The notes beneath the pieces are model-generated. The model had not been told where the DNA came from. It did not search any database and was given only the letters and a program-made list of their open reading frames with translations. Source: an uncultured Desulfobacteraceae bacterium (GTDB lineage Bacteria > Desulfobacterota > Desulfobacteria > Desulfobacterales > JALSRD01). Taken from it: a stretch of 64,000 nucleotides of DNA. Position numbers and translations under genes: made by a program. Location of the stretch: the NCBI GenBank assembly GCA_964476595.1, contig CAYZCL010000108.1, positions 214 through 64,213 on the forward strand, read 5' to 3'. Every line of letters begins with the position of its first letter. The stretch's first letter is position 1. Shown here one piece after another: positions 38,679 to 46,514 of the stretch.

Positions 38679-39367
38679 GATCCGGGAAGCTCGTCCACGA
38701 TTTCCTGCAGTCCATAGAGGGCCAACTGCTCGGCCGTCAGCCACTTGCCGCCCCGCTTGAAAAAAGTGCCGATGTTGAACAGGTTTTCCATGAGCGAGTG
38801 CTGGGTCTCGTCGAACACCGTGCTCCAGATGACGCTGCTGTCTTCCACGCGCACCATGGCCAGCGTGAAGGCCACCGACGCCGGCCGCTCGGCCCCGTAA
38901 TCGGAACCCACACGCTCGCGGAAGCGGTAGATGTTGCCCACCACGACCGCATCGGCGCCCAGACGGCGGCCGGTCTTGGCCACCACCCCCACCTCGGGAA
39001 ACAGCAGGCCCTCCTCGTTGAGCAGCGTGGTGTAAACCCCCTTGGCCCGCTCGGGTGGGATCACGTCGCTTTTCATCTTCCGGCGCACCAGCTGGCTGAG
39101 CTGTTCTGTCATGTAGCGATCGGCCCCCTCCGCGACCGGCCCGGTGACCATCATGGTACCGCACAGCGGGCAGCGCACGCTCTGCCCCTCTCCGTAGAGC
39201 GCACTCATGTTGGTGAACGGCAGCACGGCGATGCGGGTGGGCTTGAAGTTTTCGGCGGCCGGACCGGCCACCGGCACGGGGCGGGGCTGGCAGGCACCGG
39301 CCAGGAGCAGCACGACCGCCAGCAGCACGGCCGGGAAACGTCGGACACAGGGTTTCGGGGTGATCAT
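38675..39367 (-). CDS. Lipoprotein, CsgG/LpoB-like alpha/beta fold (inferred)
   Basis: Lipobox AGAC; RIAVLPF, LGADAVVVG, SVIWS..DETQ; internal CPLC. Confidence 0.6.
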   Translation of the reverse strand: MITPKPCVRRFPAVLLAVVLLLAGACQPRPVPVAGPAAENFKPTRIAVLPFTNMSALYGEGQSVRCPLCGTMMVTGPVAEGADRYMTEQLSQLVRRKMKSDVIPPERAKGVYTTLLNEEGLLFPEVGVVAKTGRRLGADAVVVGNIYRFRERVGSDYGAERPASVAFTLAMVRVEDSSVIWSTVFDETQHSLMENLFNIGTFFKRGGKWLTAEQLALYGLQEIVDELPGS

Positions 39368-39401
39368 GGGTAAGACTTCCTCCCTTTGGGTGCTTTGGGA
39401 A

Positions 39402-39989
39402 TCAGAGGGTTCCCTTGCTGGAACGAACGCCCCCGAAACGCGCGTCGGCGGCCGCCGCCTGGGCCAGGGAGCGGCCCGTCGACTTGAAGACCGCTTCGAT
39501 GACATGGTGCTCGTTTTCCCCGCAGGCGACGTGGATGTGCAGGTTCATTCCCCCACGGGTGGCGAAGGCGCGAAAAAACTCCTTGGCCAGGCTGCCGTCG
39601 AAGCGTGCGCCGCCGCCCAGCGGGATCGGCAGTTGAAAGACCAGGAAGGGACGCTTGGAGAGGTCCACGGTCACGGCCGCCAGGGCCTCGTCCATGGGGG
39701 TCACGGCGTGTCCATAGCGCCGGATGCCCTCGCGGGTGCCCAGCGCCTCGTCGAGGATGTCGCCCAGCACCAGTCCCACGTCCTCGACGGTGTGGTGCAG
39801 GTCTACGTGCAGGTCTCCGCGCGCCTGAACCCGGAGATCGAACCCGCCGTGGACGGCGAGCAGCGTCAGCATATGGTCGAAAAAGCCAATGCCGGTCTCG
39901 ATGTCCGCCTGTCCCGTCCCGTCGAGCACCAGCTCGGCCTGGATGTCCGTTTCCCGGGTCCTGCGACAGGCTTTGGCCGTTCGCTGCAT
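39402..39989 (-). CDS. hisB: Imidazoleglycerol-phosphate dehydratase
   Basis: RRTRETDI, TGIGFFDHML, HHTVEDVG, PMDEAL, NEHHVIEAVFK. Confidence 0.97.
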   Translation of the reverse strand: MQRTAKACRRTRETDIQAELVLDGTGQADIETGIGFFDHMLTLLAVHGGFDLRVQARGDLHVDLHHTVEDVGLVLGDILDEALGTREGIRRYGHAVTPMDEALAAVTVDLSKRPFLVFQLPIPLGGGARFDGSLAKEFFRAFATRGGMNLHIHVACGENEHHVIEAVFKSTGRSLAQAAAADARFGGVRSSKGTL

Positions 39990-40052
39990 GTCCCTCTCCG
40001 TGAGTCGTTCGCCCCCGGCCCCGCAGGCCGAAACGGGCCCTCGAAGCGCCTA

Positions 40053-40098
40053 CGCAAAAAAACGCAGAAGAACACGCGGTCATCTTGCGCTTTTTGCG
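40053..40098 (-). terminator. Terminator-like hairpin plus T7 about 60 nt upstream of hisB
   Basis: CGCAAAAAGCGCAAGA..TCTTCTGCGTTTTTTTGCG on minus strand. Confidence 0.5.
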
Positions 40099-40161
40099 GA
40101 CGCCCCCGGTCGGGGGATCTATTTTCTTTGGATTTCCGGGTGATCGACTGCGACAGGCTTT

Positions 40162-40190
40162 CCGGTACACCAAGGCGGGCTGGAAGTCAA
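40162..40190 (-). promoter_or_regulatory. sigma-70-type promoter upstream of hisB
   Basis: TTGACT-N17-TACCGG. Confidence 0.45.
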
Positions 40191-40301
40191 GGAGAACCTC
40201 CGGGGAAACTTCACCCCGGCCGGGAAACGACGGCGGCGCCCCGGTCGCGGGGCGGTGCCGTCGAAGGCAGCCCGGCGCCATCCACGCCGGGCTTCAGCGC
40301 T

Positions 40302-40487
40302 TCAGGCCGCTCTTTTCAGTACGGACCGGCGCTCCCCCTTTCGGGGAGTCATCGGTTTTTTTCGGCGGTCCTCTCCGCTGCGGCGGTCACGTCCCGACCG
40401 GCGCTCCGGTAGATGATTGGCATAGCTGAATTCACGCCGATCGATCCCCGAACGCCGACCGCCGTTATCAAAATAGGCGGTGTCCAC
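40302..40487 (-). CDS. 61-aa Arg-rich microprotein with RRSGxDRR repeats
   Basis: GTG start with strong SD GGAGGAGGGG; GGRRSGIDRR..ERRSGRDRRSGEDRR..GERRS. Confidence 0.75.
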   Translation of the reverse strand: MDTAYFDNGGRRSGIDRREFSYANHLPERRSGRDRRSGEDRRKKPMTPRKGERRSVLKRAA

Positions 40488-40653
40488 AGGTACTTCCCCT
40501 CCTCCCGCATCCTCCGGCGGTATCGGCCAAAATGAAACACATCCGGTCGGTATCACAGCGTCATGGGCATCGGCTGTTCCTGTTTCGATTCTGAAAGGTG
40601 TTCGTCAGATTCCGCCCGGCATAAAAACAAACCTTCTAATGAATTTTCTTTCA

Positions 40654-40670
40654 AGCAACAATGATGCCAA
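40654..40670 (-). promoter_or_regulatory. sigma-54 promoter with IHF-like site and palindromic enhancer
   Basis: TTGGCATCATTGTTGCT (GG-N10-GC); TAACAA-N4-TTG at 40698-40710; perfect 11-bp IR at 40760-40770 / 40784-40794. Confidence 0.75.
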
Positions 40671-40984
40671 TCCCCTTATGTGTTTTTTAACTATTAATAA
40701 CAACAGTTTGAAAACAAGGACCCAGGGGCCGTGTCGAAAAACGGGCCGCAACTGTTACGTTTATTACCGATCTTTATTACATTTCGGTAATAAATTGGGT
40801 GAATTAGGTTATAGACCCGGGCGCCCCGGCCGGACGCGGCGGGCAATCGCACCCCCGCCTGTCCCGGCGGAAAAAGCGCGACCGCGGCCGGAAGCGGATT
40901 AGGAATTGATTTACGGTGCGGGAAATGGCATATCACCGAGAGGCCCCGTGCCCCGGCCGGACGCGGGCCGCCTGAGACCGGACG

Positions 40985-41018
40985 AAAAAGAAAAGGCCTG
41001 CCGGATCCGGCAAGCCTT
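40985..41018 (-). terminator. Intrinsic terminator after tRNA-Ala
   Basis: AAGGCTTGCCGG-AT-CCGGCAGGCCTT then TTCTTTTT. Confidence 0.75.
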
Positions 41019-41027
41019 GTGTTTACA

Positions 41028-41103
41028 TGGTGGAGATGAGGGGGATCGAACCCCTGACCTCAGCGTTGCGAACGCTGCGCTCTCCCAGCTGAGCTACATC
41101 CCC
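41028..41103 (-). tRNA. tRNA-Ala(CGC)
   Basis: GGGGATG..CATCTCC-A-CCA with G3:U70; anticodon arm CAGCG-TTCGCAA-CGCTG. Confidence 0.97.
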
Positions 41104-41117
41104 GTGATTTTTCCCCG

Positions 41118-41146
41118 CTTGTACCAGACTTTTTCACACCGGTCAA
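41118..41146 (-). promoter_or_regulatory. sigma-70-type promoter of tRNA-Ala
   Basis: TTGACC-N17-TACAAG with TGn extension. Confidence 0.65.
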
Positions 41147-41222
41147 CACCGATTCCGGCACGACGACACGGCCCGGCCGCGGGTGCCCGGGCCGCCCGAT
41201 TTCGACGCAAGGAGCAACCGAC

Positions 41223-42956
41223 ATGCCGTATCCCATCGTACTCAAAGACGCCTTCAAGCGCTTCACGCTGGACCAGGACAAGATCCTGCCGCCCGGGGAG
41301 ACCGTGCGGCGTTTCCGGCGCAAGCTCGAAAAACTGGACCTGGACATTCTCCGCGAGACCCGGCGCATCGACAACGGGCGGCTGGGCATTCCGGTTTACT
41401 TCAGCATCTGCGGCCGGGACGCCGCCGCCCTGACCGGCACCCGTAAGCAGATGGGCAAGGGCGCCACGCCCGAGCAGGCCGAGGCCAGCGCCGTCATGGA
41501 GCTGGCCGAGCGTTTCTCCTTCTTCAGCTTCCGCAGCAACCCGGCCAACTTCCGGCGGGCCACCTACGCGCAGGTGCGCGACCGGGCCATGCCCTTCGAG
41601 CTGATCGCGGCCTCGGTGCACGACACCTCCGAGGACCTCGAGGCGGCCCGCGGCATCTTCGAGCAGCTGCCGCTGCAGTGGACCGCGGGCTACAGCCTGA
41701 CGCAGCAGCGAGAAGTGCTGATCCCCTTTTCGTGGTTCTTCGCCATCAACGAGTTCAACGGCCCCTCGGCCGGCAACTGCGTGGAGGAGGCCCTTTCCCA
41801 GGGCATCTGCGAGATCGTCGAGCGCCACGTGTCGGCCCTGGTCAGCCGCGGGCGCATACCGGTGCCGCTCATCGATCCCGATTCGGCCACGGACCCCATG
41901 GTGCGCGACATGATCGCCAAGTACCGCCGCGCCGGCATCGTGCTCTACCTCTCGGACTTCTCGCTGGACACGGGCATCCCCACCGTGGGGGCCGTGGCCT
42001 ACGACCCGGCCACCTTCCCGCGCCACAGTGAGATCGTGTGGACCGCCGGCACCACCCCCGACCCCGAAAAAGCCCTCAGCCGCACCCTGACCGAGGTCGC
42101 CCAGCTGGCCGGCGACTTCAACACCGGCTCCAACTACGTGGCCAGCGGGCTGCCCAAACCCGCGAGCATCGCCGAGCTGGATTTCATCACGCGGGCCTCC
42201 TCCCGGGTGCCCATCGGCAGCCTGCCCGACCTTTCCAGCAACAACATCCGCCTGGAAGTCGAGGCCCTGGTGCAGGCCCTCGCCCGCAAGGGTATGGAGG
42301 TCTTTGTGATCGATACCACCCACCCGGCGCTGGGCGTACCGGCCTTCTACACCATCGTGCCGGGAGCGCACTTCCGCGAACGGGCCGTGGGAACCGGGGT
42401 GGGCATGTTCGCCGCCAGGCTGATCGCCGAAAACACCGCGCCCCGCCGGGCCATCGCCCGGCTGGAAGAAATCGACCGACTCCTGCCGGGCAAGTATTAC
42501 GTCAGCTTCTACCTGGGCCGCTGCCGCCTGGAGCTGGGCGAGCCGGAAGAGGCCCGCCGCCACCTGGAACGGGCACTGGAACTGGACCCCGGCGACGAGG
42601 ACCGGGCCAGCATCTACTCCTACCTGGGCATCTGCCACAAAGAGCGCGGCCGCTACCGGGAAGCGCTGGCCGTGCTGGCGCAGGGCGAGCGCTGCGACCC
42701 GCAGCGCACCGACATCCTCAACCTGATGGGCTTCTGCCACTTCAAGCTCGGGGAACACGAAAAGGCCATCGCCTGTTTCCGGCGGGTCATCGAGCTGGAT
42801 CCCGGCTCGGCCATCGACTACGCCAACATCGCCTCCAACTACCGCGACATGGGCCGGCGCAAGGAGGCCGTGCGCTACTACCGCATGGCGCTGGAACTGG
42901 ACCCGGGCATCGACTTCGCACGCGAAAACCTGGAAAAGCTGACTTCCGGGGAGTGA
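41223..42956 (+). CDS. YcaO-family ATP-dependent backbone-activating enzyme fused to C-terminal TPRs
   Basis: MGKGATPEQAEASAVMELAERF, FNGPSAGNCVEEALSQGICEIVERH, RTLTEVAQ; about 5 TPRs at C-terminus. Confidence 0.88.
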   Translation: MPYPIVLKDAFKRFTLDQDKILPPGETVRRFRRKLEKLDLDILRETRRIDNGRLGIPVYFSICGRDAAALTGTRKQMGKGATPEQAEASAVMELAERFSFFSFRSNPANFRRATYAQVRDRAMPFELIAASVHDTSEDLEAARGIFEQLPLQWTAGYSLTQQREVLIPFSWFFAINEFNGPSAGNCVEEALSQGICEIVERHVSALVSRGRIPVPLIDPDSATDPMVRDMIAKYRRAGIVLYLSDFSLDTGIPTVGAVAYDPATFPRHSEIVWTAGTTPDPEKALSRTLTEVAQLAGDFNTGSNYVASGLPKPASIAELDFITRASSRVPIGSLPDLSSNNIRLEVEALVQALARKGMEVFVIDTTHPALGVPAFYTIVPGAHFRERAVGTGVGMFAARLIAENTAPRRAIARLEEIDRLLPGKYYVSFYLGRCRLELGEPEEARRHLERALELDPGDEDRASIYSYLGICHKERGRYREALAVLAQGERCDPQRTDILNLMGFCHFKLGEHEKAIACFRRVIELDPGSAIDYANIASNYRDMGRRKEAVRYYRMALELDPGIDFARENLEKLTSGE

Positions 42957-43037
42957 GGCGGAGACTTCTTCGGGGACCTGCGGGAGGTGCGGACGGCGGG
43001 CGCCGCGCCTGCGCCCGGTGTTGCGCAAGCCGGGCGG

Positions 43038-45284
43038 CTATCGCGAAGCGCTCTTCGACACGCGGCCCCTGAGCGCCGCGATGCGGGCCTCCACCGCATC
43101 GCAACCGGCCGCCATGCCGACCAGCGCCTCGGCAGCGCGGCGCCGGCTTTCGTGCGTGCCGGCGGCCAGGTCGGAAAGACGCGCCAGGTCCGCGTCGTAG
43201 GACTGGAAACGCCCGGCCAGCTCCTGGCGGATGCTCCCGGCGAAAGCGTCCAGCAGTTTGAGCAGGTACTGGAACTTGATGTTCTCGCGGTAGTCCAGGA
43301 ACGAGGCGCGCATGCTCTTCTCCATCTCGCGCTTGATGCGCCGCACGCTGTGTTCGAGGGCCCGCACCACCTCGCGGTTCCCGTCGGCGTCCCTGGAGCG
43401 CAGCAACCGGCGGGCCAGGCGCAGCAGCGAAAACACTCCGTAGTGGGCCACCACCTCGGCCCGGATGCGCGCCGAGTAGCGCATGGTCATGCGCGCGGCC
43501 GGCAGCCGGATGCCGGCCCGGCGGCGCACGATTTCCAGCTCGGGCAGCCGGAAGGGCTGCACGGCGGGCCGTTCGTCCGCCGGATCCGCGCCCCCCAGGT
43601 CGCGCTCGTAGGCCTGCAGGCTGTCACGCCCCATCTCGTCGAAGGGCGCCACCACCGCTTCCAGTTCATGCCGGATACGCTCCTCGCAGCGGCGGACGAA
43701 TTTCACCACCCGCGGGTGGATGGTTTCGGTGAGGTAGACATCCAGCGCCTGCCGGAAATCCTGGTAGACCAGGTAAAGGGTCTGGTTGAAGCCGGCCGAC
43801 GCGATCTGCTCCCGGTAGGCCCCGTAGGAGACCTCGTAGCCGCGGATGAAATCCAGCACGTCCCCCAGCAGTCCCCCGGCGCGGTCGTCGAAGAAGCGGT
43901 CGGTCTCGGTTTTCAGTTCCCGGCGCACCGGCTGCAGGGCGCCGTCCAGGGTGGTCTTCACCATGACGTGCAGATGGGTGATCTTCTTCTGGTGGCGGGC
44001 GATGCCGGAGACCAGTTCACGCACGCCGTCGGCGTCGCGCGTCAGCATCTGCCGGTGGATGTCCACCCACCGGCGCAGCGCGGCGGCCACCACGGCGATG
44101 CGCTCCAGGTGGTTGCCCAGCAGCAGGCGGCTGCGCTGGTGGGCCAGGTGGTGGCCGAAGACCGCCTCGAAACGCTCCCGCTGAGCGTCGCAGAAGGCCA
44201 CCAGTTCGGCGTCCGCCTCCCACTGGGCCAGGCGCAGGCGGTCTCTTTCGCCGAGTTGCGCGTCCGGGCGGCGCAACAGGTTGTAGAGCGCCGAGAAGGC
44301 GTACACCTCCGGCTCGGGCTTGATCACCGCCAGGTCCCGCCGGGTGCGCTCGACCAGCGCCTCCAGTTCGCGACGCGACTCGTGCTCGCCGAAATCGGTG
44401 TTGACCACGAAGATCATGTTGCCGATGATGCCCATCTCGCGGATCATCGACAGGAATCGGATGTCCGCCTGGCGCAAACCGGTGCGGCTGCTGATGAGGT
44501 AGACGATGAAGTGCGTCAGCAGCAGGTAGTCCTGGATCATGGACAGGTGCAGGGGATTGGGGGAATCGCTGCCCTGGCAGTCGGCCAGCTCCAAGTCGTC
44601 TTCCAGCAGCGGTGCCGGGATCTCCAGCAGGGCGTCCTGCAGGTAGACGGCCAGGGCGTCGGCGCTGACGAACTCCTGGTGCTGTGCGAAAACCTCCGCC
44701 TCCAGCACCCTGACGCCGGTCTCGGCGCCGAACAGCTCCGATACCCGCTCGTAGCCCTCCAGGTAGGCCGCCAGCAGGATGGCGTTCTCGTTTCTCCGCC
44801 CGTCGCGGATGAGCAGTTCCGGTCCCGCCTCCGCCAGTGCCCGTGCGAGGGCCTTGCGGTCCGCGGCGCGCCGGATGTCGAAAGATTCCCGCTCGCGGTC
44901 CCACAACGGGGCCGGGAACAGCACCAGGGCCTGTTCGATGTCGGCGTTGATCTCGTCCCAGGGCTTGAACGTCAGCGTGGCCCGGGGGCCGCGGCCGCCG
45001 CGGATACGCGTGACGATGGAGGTCATCACGCCCGCACCGCGGCGCAGGTGGTCGGCGCCCAGCAGCGCGTTGATGAAGGTGCTCTTGCCGGACTTGATGG
45101 CGCCCACCACGGCCACGCGCACCACGTCCTCGGACATCTGCTCCTCGACGGCGTCGCAGCTTCGGCGCCAGCGGGCAAAGACCGCCTCGGCCAGGTCGGG
45201 GACCGCGGCGGCGGTGTCGAACAGGCGGTCCAGTTCCCCTTTGACCTGCAGTATCTCGGCTTTGATGCTTTTGTATGCGTCCAT
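43038..45284 (-). CDS. Bacterial dynamin-like GTPase
   Basis: G1 VGAIKSGKSTFINALLG, G2 GVMTSIVT, G3 LADCQG, G4 region VVNTD; long helical stalk. Confidence 0.8.
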   Translation of the reverse strand: MDAYKSIKAEILQVKGELDRLFDTAAAVPDLAEAVFARWRRSCDAVEEQMSEDVVRVAVVGAIKSGKSTFINALLGADHLRRGAGVMTSIVTRIRGGRGPRATLTFKPWDEINADIEQALVLFPAPLWDRERESFDIRRAADRKALARALAEAGPELLIRDGRRNENAILLAAYLEGYERVSELFGAETGVRVLEAEVFAQHQEFVSADALAVYLQDALLEIPAPLLEDDLELADCQGSDSPNPLHLSMIQDYLLLTHFIVYLISSRTGLRQADIRFLSMIREMGIIGNMIFVVNTDFGEHESRRELEALVERTRRDLAVIKPEPEVYAFSALYNLLRRPDAQLGERDRLRLAQWEADAELVAFCDAQRERFEAVFGHHLAHQRSRLLLGNHLERIAVVAAALRRWVDIHRQMLTRDADGVRELVSGIARHQKKITHLHVMVKTTLDGALQPVRRELKTETDRFFDDRAGGLLGDVLDFIRGYEVSYGAYREQIASAGFNQTLYLVYQDFRQALDVYLTETIHPRVVKFVRRCEERIRHELEAVVAPFDEMGRDSLQAYERDLGGADPADERPAVQPFRLPELEIVRRRAGIRLPAARMTMRYSARIRAEVVAHYGVFSLLRLARRLLRSRDADGNREVVRALEHSVRRIKREMEKSMRASFLDYRENIKFQYLLKLLDAFAGSIRQELAGRFQSYDADLARLSDLAAGTHESRRRAAEALVGMAAGCDAVEARIAALRGRVSKSASR

Positions 45285-45386
45285 GCAGAGTCTTATTCCA
45301 GAAGGTTACGGACGAAATCGCCGGCGGCGGGGTCCGGCCGGCCGGCGGCGCCGAGGGCCGGTGTGGAGATGCACAGGGCTCCGATC

Positions 45387-45415
45387 TTGAAAAAAATTTC
45401 CCATTATGATAGAAG
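45387..45415 (+). promoter_or_regulatory. sigma-70-type promoter upstream of Cys4 microprotein
   Basis: TTGAAA-N17-TAGAAG in AT-rich patch. Confidence 0.45.
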
Positions 45416-45579
45416 AGATTTTATCTGCATTTTTAAAGGTACATCGATCCTGCAATCTTTGAGCACATTCACGGGCAGACTGCAGTAGGCGGCATTTCAG
45501 CGGTTTCCTGAAACAGGCGCCGATAGGAGGGGTGCTGCTACAAGGCGAACAGATTCGTGTCAAAGGAGAAACTTGGTCC

Positions 45580-45729
45580 ATGTCTGAAAAACACCCGGAG
45601 TGCCCGCTTTACAATCCGCTGAACTGCAAGGAGTATTACAACCCCAAGATCTGCGCCTTCGCCAGGAAAGACAAGGTGTGTCTCAAGAAGAAGAAGAACA
45701 CCAAGAAAGCGGCCAAGGCCTCGTCATGA
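45580..45729 (+). CDS. 49-aa microprotein with CX7CX8CX8C and Lys-rich tail
   Basis: MSEKHPECPLYNPLNCKEYYNPKICAFARKDKVCLKKKK; SD AAAGGAG; host-like codon usage. Confidence 0.65.
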   Translation: MSEKHPECPLYNPLNCKEYYNPKICAFARKDKVCLKKKKNTKKAAKASS

Positions 45730-45730
45730 C

Positions 45731-46300
45731 CTACGCGTGACCCGCCGCGTCCGAGAGCAGGGCGGGATCGACCCCCATCTTTTTCAGCGCCCCCCCCCAC
45801 CGCTCCTCCAGGGGCATCTCGAAGACGACGTCCTCGGAAATGGGACTGGTCAGCCAGGTGTTGGCCGCCAGTTCGGATTCCAACTGCCCCGGCCCCCACC
45901 CGGCGCAGCCGATGCTGATGAGGAAGGCCGCCGGGCCGCTGCCGGCGGCGATGGCGTGAATGATGTCGATGGTATTGCTCAGCGCCAGGCGCGGTGAGAT
46001 CACCAGGCAGCCGGTCCAGTCAAAGGGCGGCCCGTGCAGCACGAAGATCTCGTCCATGCGCACCGGCCCGCCGTAATGGATCGGCAGCGCCGCGGCCCTC
46101 TCGATGCACTCGATGCCCAGCTCCTCGAAGATATCCCCGGCCAGGATGCCCTCGTGCAGGCGGTTGACGACGATGCCCACCGCCCCCTGATCGGTGTGTT
46201 CGCAGATGCAGGTGACGGTCTGGGAAAAATTGGGGTCCAGCAGGCCGGGCATGGCCAGCAGGAAATGTCCCTTCAACGAAGCGTCCTTCTCGTTTTCCAT
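45731..46300 (-). CDS. YqgE/AlgH family protein
   Basis: GHFLLAMPGLLDPNFSQTV, YGGPV, GCAGWGPGQLESEL, SDAAGHA. Confidence 0.92.
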   Translation of the reverse strand: MENEKDASLKGHFLLAMPGLLDPNFSQTVTCICEHTDQGAVGIVVNRLHEGILAGDIFEELGIECIERAAALPIHYGGPVRMDEIFVLHGPPFDWTGCLVISPRLALSNTIDIIHAIAAGSGPAAFLISIGCAGWGPGQLESELAANTWLTSPISEDVVFEMPLEERWGGALKKMGVDPALLSDAAGHA

Positions 46301-46477
46301 GTTTTCGTCTCGCGGCACACTGAGCGGTTGACGTCACGGCTGCAGGGTCGCCCGTGCGCAACGGGCCTCCCGGTGGCTGCTCCGGAGGGTATTCGATTTG
46401 ACGGCCAAAGACAAGTCTTTTCGCTCCCGCGGCGCGGTGGACGGCGACGCCCCCGCCGGCGGGTTCCGCAATAAAAA

Positions 46478-46507
46478 TTGACAAGCGACCGTCGAAAACC
46501 GTAAAAG
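46478..46507 (+). promoter_or_regulatory. sigma-70-type promoter of methyltransferase (near-leaderless)
   Basis: TTGACA-N18-TAAAAG, 7 nt before ATG 46515. Confidence 0.5.
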
Positions 46508-46514
46508 AGGGGCC

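Noticed and set aside
40302-40487. Arg-rich microprotein as RiPP precursor for the nearby YcaO
   Set aside because: No Cys, few Thr, no leader/core layout, opposite strand, separate promoter, tRNA in between
40510-45527. GCCGATAC/GCCGATAG sigma-28-like -10 boxes before the two microproteins
   Set aside because: No TAAA -35 element at 15-nt spacing in either case
45420-45580. Known riboswitch (c-di-GMP, TPP, ZTP, c-di-AMP) in this leader or upstream of purL/hisB
   Set aside because: Conserved cores not found by eye; an Infernal/Rfam scan would be decisive
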